Positions 18,235 through 25,289 of a DNA stretch of 46,477 bases are shown here, piece after piece. This DNA is from a virus: positions 1-46,477 of the IMG/VR virus record IMGVR_UViG_3300045988_130925; one strand, written 5' to 3'. The position numbers and the translations under genes are program-made. The stretch's first letter is position 1, and every line of letters begins with the position of its first letter. Below the pieces are notes generated by a model. That model made no database searches. It was given only the letters and a program-made list of their open reading frames with translations, and was not told the origin of the DNA.

Positions 18235-18476
18235 TAGATCTCATCTTGAAAGTGTATGATTTTACAGTACCGGAGCTGAACCAGTTCCGGCAACTTGCGA
18301 ATTTTACACCAGAAGAAAGAGCTTTATTCGAATACCGGGCCGCAGGTGTACCAATGGAGATCTGCGCAGAAAACATGAATGTCAGCCTTGCCACCGCGAA
18401 GCGGATCAGCCGCCGGGTAAATTCAAAGATTATTCGCATATGTGGAGAAAGCGAGAGTATGAGAAAATCTCTGTAA
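18231..18476 (+). CDS. small sigma-region-4/LuxR-like HTH regulator; C-terminus extended 7 aa by the IS insertion
   Basis: ERALFEYRAAGVPMEICAENMNVSLATAKRISRR is HTH-like. The last 7 codons lie inside the IS left end. Confidence 0.4.
   Translation: MIDLILKVYDFTVPELNQFRQLANFTPEERALFEYRAAGVPMEICAENMNVSLATAKRISRRVNSKIIRICGESESMRKSL
18445..18452. repeat. 8-bp target-site duplication GAGAAAGC (left)
   Basis: The identical octamer directly abuts both IS ends. Confidence 0.75.
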
Positions 18477-19937
18477 ATAAGATTCTTCTATGATAATTAA
18501 GAGCGATAAGCTTGTGAATCAGGCTTGTCGTTCTTGTTTTATATATAACAGTTGCTTACGGGCATGTCAAGAGCAGGCGGTTTCCCGCCTGTCTTCTTAA
18601 CCCTTCTTTTGCTTACTCGGGTAAGCGTCCTTCGTACATAATGCTCAGTTCTCCATAAACCTGAGCCCAATCACGGATGGTGGTAGTCCATTTTTTCGTA
18701 GCCTCAAAAGTAGCCAGATACAAGGCCTTTAACAGGGCGGTATCGCTTGGAAATACGCTTCTCTGACGGTTCAGCTTCCGGTATGTGGAGTTCAGTGATT
18801 CGATCGCATTGGTTGTATAAATGACCTTCCGGACAGTGGTTGAAAATTTAAAAATTGGAGAAACAGCATCCCAGTTGTCTTTCCAGCGTTTCATGGAATT
18901 CGGGTATTTCGGAGTCCATTTTTCAGTTACACGTTCCAAGGCAGCCAGAGCCTTCTGCTCATCAGCGGCCTGATAGATGGTTTTTAAATCTGCAGCAAAG
19001 GCTTTTCTGTCCTTGTCCGGAACGTATTTCAGGGTGTTTCTTACCTGATGGACAATACACCTCTGGTATTCTGTTTTGGGAAACGCAGCTGAAATCGCTT
19101 CTTTAATGCCTGTAAGGCCATCGGCACAGATGATCAGGATATCTTTTACTCCGCGATTTTTCAGTTCGTTCAGGACTGACAGCCAGTATTTCGCACTTTC
19201 ATTGTCACCAATCGTAATCGTCAGGACTTCCTTTTTCCCCTCCGCATTAATGCCAAGAATAACATAGGCTGCAAGCTTACGAATGACTCCATTATCCCGC
19301 ACAGAATAGTGGATCGCATCGATGTAAAGGATTGGATATACCTCATCCAATGGGCGGTTCTGCCAATCTTCAATCTGAGGAAGTATCTTATCCGTCACAT
19401 CGGATATGAAACTTTCTGATGTTTCAAAACCATAGATATCTTCAATCGTTTCCGAGATCTGGCGAGTGGTCATTCCTTTGGCATACATAGAGATGATCTT
19501 CTGATCAATATCAGAAATATCTTTCTGACGCTTTTTCACCACCTGTGGTTCAAAGGTCGATTTCCGATCCTGTGGGACCTCGATTTCCATAGAGCCATAT
19601 CGGCTGTTTACCTGCTTGTGTTTATAACCGTTACGATAATCGTCATTGTCAGAACGCTGGGATTTCTCATATCCAAGATGGTCATCCATTTCAGCCTCCA
19701 TCATTTCTTTAATGGTGCCGCCCAGAAGATCTTTGAGTGCATCCTGGATATCTTCTGCGGTCTCGATATCGTATTCCTCGAGAAGCTGGCGGATGATGTT
19801 CCTTTTTCCTTCAGTCATTTCAACTCTGTGAACTGGTTTCTTTTGTTTTGCCATAGTAAAAGGCCCTCCTAATGATATTTATTGTATCATAGAAGGACCT
19901 TACTTAGGTTATTTTACAGAAAAAGTTTCATAGGCTC
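18453..19937 (-). mobile_element. IS256-family insertion sequence (1485 bp)
   Basis: Mutator/IS256-type transposase ORF. Imperfect terminal inverted repeats GAGAGTATGAGAAAATCTCTGTAAA / GAGCCTATGAAACTTTTTCTGTAAA. 8-bp direct repeats on both flanks. Confidence 0.85.
18613..19854 (-). CDS. IS256-family (Mutator-type) transposase
   Basis: 413 aa. N-terminal LLEEYDIETAEDIQDALKDLLGGTIKEMMEAEMDDHLGY and a central DGLTG...CIVHQ region, typical of IS256 transposases. Confidence 0.95.
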   Translation of the reverse strand: MAKQKKPVHRVEMTEGKRNIIRQLLEEYDIETAEDIQDALKDLLGGTIKEMMEAEMDDHLGYEKSQRSDNDDYRNGYKHKQVNSRYGSMEIEVPQDRKSTFEPQVVKKRQKDISDIDQKIISMYAKGMTTRQISETIEDIYGFETSESFISDVTDKILPQIEDWQNRPLDEVYPILYIDAIHYSVRDNGVIRKLAAYVILGINAEGKKEVLTITIGDNESAKYWLSVLNELKNRGVKDILIICADGLTGIKEAISAAFPKTEYQRCIVHQVRNTLKYVPDKDRKAFAADLKTIYQAADEQKALAALERVTEKWTPKYPNSMKRWKDNWDAVSPIFKFSTTVRKVIYTTNAIESLNSTYRKLNRQRSVFPSDTALLKALYLATFEATKKWTTTIRDWAQVYGELSIMYEGRLPE

Positions 19938-19945
19938 GAGAAAGC
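19938..19945. repeat. 8-bp target-site duplication GAGAAAGC (right)
   Basis: Identical to 18445-18452. Confidence 0.75.
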
Positions 19946-19951
19946 TAAAAG

Positions 19952-19978
19952 AAAAGAGCCTGTATCAATGGCTCTTTT
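19952..19978. terminator. bidirectional hairpin terminator between convergent genes
   Basis: AAAAGAGCC-9 nt-GGCTCTTTT with A/T tracts on both sides. Confidence 0.6.
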
Positions 19979-20168
19979 CTTTGCTTTGGCCAATTCTTTT
20001 TTCAAAATCGTTGACTGCTGCTGTTATAAAGCTGTTTATTGACGAATAGCCAAGTGACTCAGCTACTTCTTTTATTCGCTCTTTTTCGCCCTTTTTTAAA
20101 ACAAGGCTAATTCGGTCATAGGCTTTCTGGTTGTACCTATTCTTGACCTCCGCTGATGTTTTGCCCAC
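19965..20168 (-). CDS. ribbon-helix-helix (CopG/Arc-like) DNA-binding protein (putative)
   Basis: GTG start 5 nt after AAGGAGGG. KNRYNQKAYDRISLVLKKGEKERIKEVAE has a beta-strand-plus-helix pattern. Confidence 0.55.
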   Translation of the reverse strand: MGKTSAEVKNRYNQKAYDRISLVLKKGEKERIKEVAESLGYSSINSFITAAVNDFEKRIGQSKEKSH

Positions 20169-20790
20169 TCTTTCCCTCCTTAACTTTTTCCAGTATCGGC
20201 TTGAAGAACCGCTCTTCCGCAGCTTTCCTCGCTGCCACTGCATCTTCAATATTATCGTACCGGCCCAGATTATAGTTTTTTCGTCTGAAAGTAATCTGTG
20301 CTGCCCATTTACCTTTTTCCTTGTTCCAGTAAACCCCTGTAAAACCAGATGTGTTGTTTTTAGACAACTGCGCTGTCAATGCTTCTGCCAATGTACCGTC
20401 TATATAGTGCTGTTTTTTTCGGTTTTCGTCGAGCGTAATCTTGGCAACCTCAGCAGTGTGTTTGCCACATGACCCAACTGTTTTTGCTTTGCCAATAGTG
20501 CGCTGGCAAGTTTCTCCACAGTCACATTTGCACTCCCAGATAAAACGGCCTTTCTCGTCTTTGCCTACTCTTTTAATAAAGGTTAGTCGTCCGGTCCTTT
20601 GGCCTGTCATATCAATGCTTCTATTGCAGCCGCACGATTTCGTGCGGCCAGTTCTTAACTTGTGGCCAGCAATATCTCTTACAGTACCGCACTCGCACTT
20701 ACAAGTGTAGTACTTGTTGTTGCTAGAATCAGTTTTGTCAGAATCGCTCAGTACAGTCCATTTTCCGAATTTATCGCCCGGGCTTATCAT
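20137..20790 (-). CDS. AP2-domain DNA-binding protein with two N-terminal Cys-rich modules
   Basis: SGFTGVYWNKEKGKWAAQITFRRKNYNLGRYDNIEDAVAARKAAE is AP2/ERF-type. Repeated W.V/F...CKC.CG...CGC modules. Confidence 0.8.
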   Translation of the reverse strand: MISPGDKFGKWTVLSDSDKTDSSNNKYYTCKCECGTVRDIAGHKLRTGRTKSCGCNRSIDMTGQRTGRLTFIKRVGKDEKGRFIWECKCDCGETCQRTIGKAKTVGSCGKHTAEVAKITLDENRKKQHYIDGTLAEALTAQLSKNNTSGFTGVYWNKEKGKWAAQITFRRKNYNLGRYDNIEDAVAARKAAEERFFKPILEKVKEGKSGQNISGGQE

Positions 20791-20972
20791 GCGAGAGTCT
20801 CCAGGAGCTCGATAACATCTGCAATATTGCCAACATAAAAAGGCTGTTCCTTTCTATTCATTCCTGCGTAAAACTCGCCGTCTTCTGTATAAAAAACAAT
20901 GTCGCTATCGCTGTAAACCTCAAAAGCTTTTTCAGTAAGCTCGCCTGTTCCTGTAAATTCATATCGTTCCAT
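20787..20972 (-). CDS. small hypothetical acidic protein
   Basis: ATG 20972 after AGGAGGAG; ATGA overlap with the AP2 gene. Confidence 0.45.
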   Translation of the reverse strand: MERYEFTGTGELTEKAFEVYSDSDIVFYTEDGEFYAGMNRKEQPFYVGNIADVIELLETLA

Positions 20973-20983
20973 TAATACTCCTC

Positions 20984-21340
20984 CTATTTGATTAATGATT
21001 TTGGAATCCAGCAAATCCAGCCCTTATAAGACCCAACGACTTCTCCTGTAGATACTCTTACCTGGATTGCTTTTTCGGATTCTTTCATGATTTCTTCGAT
21101 TTTTGCAAAAATATATCCGTTCTCTATCTTTTGCGTCCCATCCTCGTTTCTTGCAAAATCCATAAAAACATTATATTTTTCTGCTTTTTCCTGCTCTTTG
21201 TCAAAAAACCATTCTTTTACCGCGATATAGTTCGTCTTTGCATCCCTCCAAGATTTCTTTAGTGCAGAGGAAATGGTGAAGCCGAATCGTTTGACTAACT
21301 GCCATGCTTTTTTCATAATAGCTGATAAATCGTATTTCAT
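20984..21340 (-). CDS. hypothetical protein
   Basis: First gene of the leftward operon; AGGAGGAAACGGGA RBS, then ATG. Confidence 0.5.
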   Translation of the reverse strand: MKYDLSAIMKKAWQLVKRFGFTISSALKKSWRDAKTNYIAVKEWFFDKEQEKAEKYNVFMDFARNEDGTQKIENGYIFAKIEEIMKESEKAIQVRVSTGEVVGSYKGWICWIPKSLIK

Positions 21341-21377
21341 TCCCGTTTCCTCCTGCTTGATTGATATCTTTATTTTA

Positions 21378-21397
21378 ACATACTTGTGTAAGTATGT
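21378..21397. promoter_or_regulatory. 20-bp palindrome ACATACTT-GTGT-AAGTATGT in the divergent intergenic region
   Basis: Perfect 8-bp arms read directly; lies between the divergent operons. Confidence 0.35.
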
Positions 21398-21569
21398 AAA
21401 GGAAAAGTAGAACTTTTTTTAAACTTTTATGACCTGTTTTCTCCCGTCAAAATCTGAGACTATATAAGCATGGAGCAGATGTTTTCCTATGACTATGAGA
21501 TAGAGATACCTATAAAAACCGATTATCACGATATTTTGATCTTTTTGGAAGAATTGGAGGAAATCGAAA

Positions 21570-22034
21570 ATGGCAGCATATCCGAACATGTATCAGCCAT
21601 ACCAGCCGTATCAGGATCGTATGGCGCAGATGAACCAATATCAGCCCGTCCCGCAGCCGATGGCACCGACAAATAACCAAGGAATACTCTGGGTGCAGGG
21701 CGAGACTGGAGCAAAGTCTTACCTTGTTGCACCCGGATCATGCGTATTGCTGATGGACAGCGAAGCGGAGCGGTTTTACATCAAGTCAACGGATGTATCC
21801 GGCATGCCGCAACCTTTACGCGTATTTGAGTACCATGAAATAAATGGCAGAATGCCGCAGAAGCAGCCGGAAGCTGCCATGAATGATATGTATGTTACCC
21901 GTAAAGAGTACCAGGATCTTTTTGACAAATACAATGAGATTCTGGACAAGATAAATTCGTTTCCAGCAAGCGGCGGCTCTACTGCCAAACCAGAGAGCCG
22001 GAGACCAAAGGGAGGTGCGGCAGCAGATGAGTAA
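21570..22034 (+). CDS. hypothetical protein: Q/P/Y/M-rich N-terminus plus a small beta-rich domain
   Basis: TTGGAGGAAATCGAAA RBS, then ATG. N-terminus MAAYPNMYQPYQPYQDRMAQMNQYQPVPQPMAP. Confidence 0.6.
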   Translation: MAAYPNMYQPYQPYQDRMAQMNQYQPVPQPMAPTNNQGILWVQGETGAKSYLVAPGSCVLLMDSEAERFYIKSTDVSGMPQPLRVFEYHEINGRMPQKQPEAAMNDMYVTRKEYQDLFDKYNEILDKINSFPASGGSTAKPESRRPKGGAAADE

Positions 22035-22248
22035 CCCATTATTCCAAATGTTCGGCGGCATGCCGATGGGAAGCAACGGCCCCATGCAGATGATGCAGCA
22101 GTTTGCGCAGTTTAAGCAAAACTTTAAAGGAGATCCTAAAGCCGAGGTACAAAAGATGTTGCAGTCTGGCAGAATATCACAGGCGCAGCTTAACCAGGCT
22201 CAGCAGATGGCACAGCAGTTTAAACGGATGCTGGGCGGCATGAAATAG
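22027..22248 (+). CDS. small Met/Gln-rich hypothetical protein
   Basis: MSNPLFQMFGGMPMGSNGPMQMMQQFAQFKQ...; overlaps the upstream stop. Confidence 0.5.
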   Translation: MSNPLFQMFGGMPMGSNGPMQMMQQFAQFKQNFKGDPKAEVQKMLQSGRISQAQLNQAQQMAQQFKRMLGGMK

Positions 22249-22295
22249 TACATTATCCCGGCCGGGAATGTAAATAAATCAAAGGAGATATCAAT

Positions 22296-23072
22296 ATGGA
22301 TGGAACTTACAGCTTAGCCGATATTGCGGCGGCTACCGGAACCAACAACCGGAACAATGAAGGAATGTTTGGCGGAGACGGTGTCTGGTGGCTCATCGTT
22401 TTATTCATTTTCGCTTTCTGCGGATGGGGTGGCAATGGCTGGGGAAACAGCGGAGGTGGAGCAGCCGGAAGCGCATACACCGATTCCGCAATCCAGCGTG
22501 GCTTTGACAACCAGGCAGTTATCAGCAAACTGGACGGCCTGTCCAGCGGCCTGTGTGATGGCTTCTATGCCATGAATAACGGTATGCTTACCGGAATCAA
22601 CGGCATCAATACAAACGTCATGCAGACTGGCTTCGGCATCCAGCAGGCTATTAATGCCGATACTGTAGCCAACATGCAGAACACCAATGCAATCCAGGCG
22701 CAGCTTGCTCAGTGTTGCTGTGAGACCCGGGAAGCAATCCAGGGTGTAAACTACAACATGGCGCAGAACACCTGTGCACTCCAGAACACCATGAATAACA
22801 ACACCAGAGACATTATCGACAGCCAGAACGCAGGAACCAGAGCTATTCTGGACTACCTGTGCAACGAGAAAATTTCTTCCCTCCAGGCTGAAAACAATGA
22901 TCTTAGACGTGCTGCATCTCAGGATCGTCAGAGTGCATTGCTTACTACAGCTATGGCAGCACAGACCCAGCAGCTCATTAATGCGATCAATCCGGCACCG
23001 ATTCCGGCTTACCAGGTGCCGAACCCGAACACATATTACGGATGCGGCTGCAATACGGGCTGTAATTGCTGA
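22296..23072 (+). CDS. membrane-anchored Asn/Gln-rich protein with CCC and a C-terminal GCGCNTGCNC cysteine cluster
   Basis: AAGGAGATATCAAT RBS, then ATG. TM VWWLIVLFIFAFCGW flanked by Gly-rich tracts. Confidence 0.65.
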   Translation: MDGTYSLADIAAATGTNNRNNEGMFGGDGVWWLIVLFIFAFCGWGGNGWGNSGGGAAGSAYTDSAIQRGFDNQAVISKLDGLSSGLCDGFYAMNNGMLTGINGINTNVMQTGFGIQQAINADTVANMQNTNAIQAQLAQCCCETREAIQGVNYNMAQNTCALQNTMNNNTRDIIDSQNAGTRAILDYLCNEKISSLQAENNDLRRAASQDRQSALLTTAMAAQTQQLINAINPAPIPAYQVPNPNTYYGCGCNTGCNC

Positions 23073-23139
23073 CAACATCATATCTGTATCTTCCGGCAAA
23101 ATGTCGGATGTTCGGCGAAATGCCGGTATTACGCAAATC

Positions 23140-23162
23140 GGCAGGCTCAGTCCTGCCTTTTT
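23140..23162 (+). terminator. rho-independent terminator-like hairpin
   Basis: GGCAGG-CTCAGT-CCTGCC followed by TTTTT. Confidence 0.55.
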
Positions 23163-23187
23163 GCGATATGAAAAAGGAGAAAACAAT

Positions 23188-23610
23188 ATGGCTGAATATG
23201 TAGCTGTTGCCGCTCAGGATGTGGCAGCGAATGGAAATGTAGTATATACCAACACAGCGGTAAAAGGGACCGCATGTGTTCAGCATCGGGAGGGCAGCGG
23301 AATAGTTACTCTCAGAGGAATGACGAACCAGTGTAAGGCCCGCTATTTTGTGGCCTTTTCTGCAAATATTGCCGTTCCGACCGGAGGGACAGCAGAAGCA
23401 ATCTCCCTCGCAATCGCGATAGGCGGCGAACCGGTCTTATCATCTCAGATGATATCCACTCCTGCGGTGGTGGAAGCGTTTAACAACGTATCCGCAGGTA
23501 TCTTTATTGATGTGCCGCGTGGGTGCTGCTCAAATATTGCAGTGGAGAACACCAGCACGCAGGCTATAACCGTAGCAAACGCAAATCTTGTGGTAACACG
23601 GGTAGCATAA
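23188..23610 (+). CDS. beta-rich protein resembling BclA C-terminal / exosporium TNF-like domains (tentative)
   Basis: AAAGGAGAAAACAAT RBS, then ATG. Alternating hydrophobic beta pattern ending ...NANLVVTRVA, compared with the BclA CTD ending ...IIIEKVA. Contains a CC pair. Confidence 0.5.
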   Translation: MAEYVAVAAQDVAANGNVVYTNTAVKGTACVQHREGSGIVTLRGMTNQCKARYFVAFSANIAVPTGGTAEAISLAIAIGGEPVLSSQMISTPAVVEAFNNVSAGIFIDVPRGCCSNIAVENTSTQAITVANANLVVTRVA

Positions 23611-23619
23611 GGAGGTGGG

Positions 23620-24171
23620 ATGATGAGAGATATTAAAGATCTGTGCGCACGAATTGAAGATGAAATATCCAATATCGCAGAAAAAGGCCTCACCTCTGGC
23701 AATCTGGACACCGCCTTTAAGTTGATTGATATGTATAAGGATATAAAAAACACAGAGTACTGGGATAAAAAGGGCGAGTATTATATGACCGTGCTGGATC
23801 AGATGCGTGACGGTGTAGGTGATTACAGTGAACGCCGTGGACGAGACAGCATGGGCCGTTACAGTTCTTCTGATGGCCGGATGATGCCGGACTATGACCG
23901 CGGATCTTCTTACATGCGCCGAGGCGAACATTACGTGCGAGGGCATTACAGCCGCAATGATGGACGGGATGCTTACGACGATTACATGACCCAGAAACAG
24001 AGCTACCGTTCTGGAAAATCCGAAGACTGCAAGCGTAAGATGCTTGCCGCACTGGAAGAGCATCTGGATGGGCTGACCGCTGAGATTGGGGACATGTCAA
24101 AAGACGCGGAGTGCCGCGAAGAACGTGACCTTGTGAAGCGGTATGTTGATAAACTTAGAGATATGTTATAA
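23620..24171 (+). CDS. hypothetical protein with a central Arg/Gly/Asp/Tyr/Ser-rich low-complexity region
   Basis: AAGGAGGTGGG RBS, then ATG. RRGRDSMGRYSSSDGRMMPDYDRGSSYMRRGEHYVRGHYSRNDGRDAYDDY. Confidence 0.6.
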   Translation: MMRDIKDLCARIEDEISNIAEKGLTSGNLDTAFKLIDMYKDIKNTEYWDKKGEYYMTVLDQMRDGVGDYSERRGRDSMGRYSSSDGRMMPDYDRGSSYMRRGEHYVRGHYSRNDGRDAYDDYMTQKQSYRSGKSEDCKRKMLAALEEHLDGLTAEIGDMSKDAECREERDLVKRYVDKLRDML

Positions 24172-24425
24172 ACGTGTGGATAGCTTACATACGGATAAAT
24201 GATACATTATAAGTGCAGCAAAGATTAACCTCCTGTGAATCTTTTCTAGCCAATTTACACCTCCCGCGCACGCCCTTAATATAAACGGGTCATCCCGGAG
24301 GTTAAAAGCGGGTGAAATTCCCGGCGTGCGTATTTGCCATACCAATGGCACGGATTTTTGTTTTTGGTTCTTGCTGTTCACCCCTAGCCAATGCAGCAAG
24401 ACTTTTTCACATCGACTTCTTTCTC

Positions 24426-24458
24426 AAAACACCGGTTGCAATATGTAGCCGGTGTTTT
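24426..24458. terminator. hairpin AAAACACCGG-13 nt-CCGGTGTTTT
   Basis: Read directly; lies immediately 5-prime of the tRNA. Confidence 0.5.
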
Positions 24459-24459
24459 A

Positions 24460-24532
24460 GGACCGTTAGCTCAGCGGTGAGAGCGCCCGGCTCATAACCG
24501 GGTGGTCCGGGGTTCGAATCCCTGACGGTCCA
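24460..24532 (+). tRNA. tRNA with anticodon CAT (Met, or Ile2 if lysidine-modified)
   Basis: Manual cloverleaf: acceptor GGACCGT/ACGGTCC, D arm GCTC-AGCGGTGA-GAGC, anticodon arm CCCGG-CTCATAA-CCGGG, T arm CGGGG-TTCGAAT-CCCTG. 73 nt, CCA not encoded. Confidence 0.85.
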
Positions 24533-24610
24533 TTACCCCGCCCGTGGTCTATCGGGCTTAATCCATTTACCTGCGGCGGCAGGTCAATAAACACGGCCAG
24601 GAGGATAGAT

Positions 24611-25243
24611 ATGCAGAAACTTATTGAAACACTTGGATCATTTGGTATTGAAGTTCCGGCAGACAAGGCCGAAGAAGTAAAAAGAGCTTTGTCTAAGTAC
24701 TACAAGAACAATGGAGAGGTTACACAGACTCTAACAAAGGTAGAGGGTGAGCGTGATGCCTGGAAAGAACGTGCGGAGACTGCAGAAAACACACTTAAGA
24801 GCTTTGAGGGAATTGACCCGGAAAGCATTAAAGGAGAGCTTGCAACCTGGAAACAGAAAGCGGCAGATGCAGAGAAAGCGTATAACGACAAGATCTATGA
24901 AAGAGATTTTGCAGACGCTCTCAAAACCGCACTGGAAGATGTTGAGTTTTCTTCCGCATCAGCGAAAAAGGCGGTTATGGCTGATATCAAGGAAGCCGGG
25001 CTTAAACTCAAGGATGGCAAGATTCTGGGCCTTAACGATCTGCTGGAGCAGATGAAAAAAGACGATGCGTCAGCTTTTGTTGACGAAGGCCAGAAACAGG
25101 CAGAACATAACCAGGCGCGGTTCACAACCAGTCTCAGTAAAAACACCCCGCCGGGCAAACTGACGAAAGCTGATATCATGAATATCAAAGATGCAGGAGA
25201 ACGTCAGGCTGCCATTGCAAGCAACATGTCACTGTTTGAGTGA
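24611..25243 (+). CDS. capsid scaffolding protein (Gp20-like)
   Basis: Acidic coiled-coil 210 aa directly upstream of the major capsid gene; AGGAGGATAGAT RBS, then ATG. Confidence 0.75.
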   Translation: MQKLIETLGSFGIEVPADKAEEVKRALSKYYKNNGEVTQTLTKVEGERDAWKERAETAENTLKSFEGIDPESIKGELATWKQKAADAEKAYNDKIYERDFADALKTALEDVEFSSASAKKAVMADIKEAGLKLKDGKILGLNDLLEQMKKDDASAFVDEGQKQAEHNQARFTTSLSKNTPPGKLTKADIMNIKDAGERQAAIASNMSLFE

Positions 25244-25289
25244 TCCAATTACCGACCATTTAACAGCTATAGGTAGAAAGGATTTTTTT

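Noticed and set aside
21470-21676. 68-aa ORF in the divergent intergenic region
   Set aside because: It has no RBS and overlaps the well-signalled start at 21570. The 3-prime half reads as the wrong frame of the next gene.
22401-23186. 261-aa minus-strand ORF, and the upstream extension of plus-strand ORF 22897-23610
   Set aside because: Both overlap the RBS-supported genes 22296-23072 and 23188-23610. The extension has no RBS and reads as nonsense before Met 23188.
24166-24399. 77-aa minus-strand ORF in the non-coding stretch before the tRNA
   Set aside because: It has no RBS and an odd composition. The region is better explained as structured non-coding DNA or RNA.
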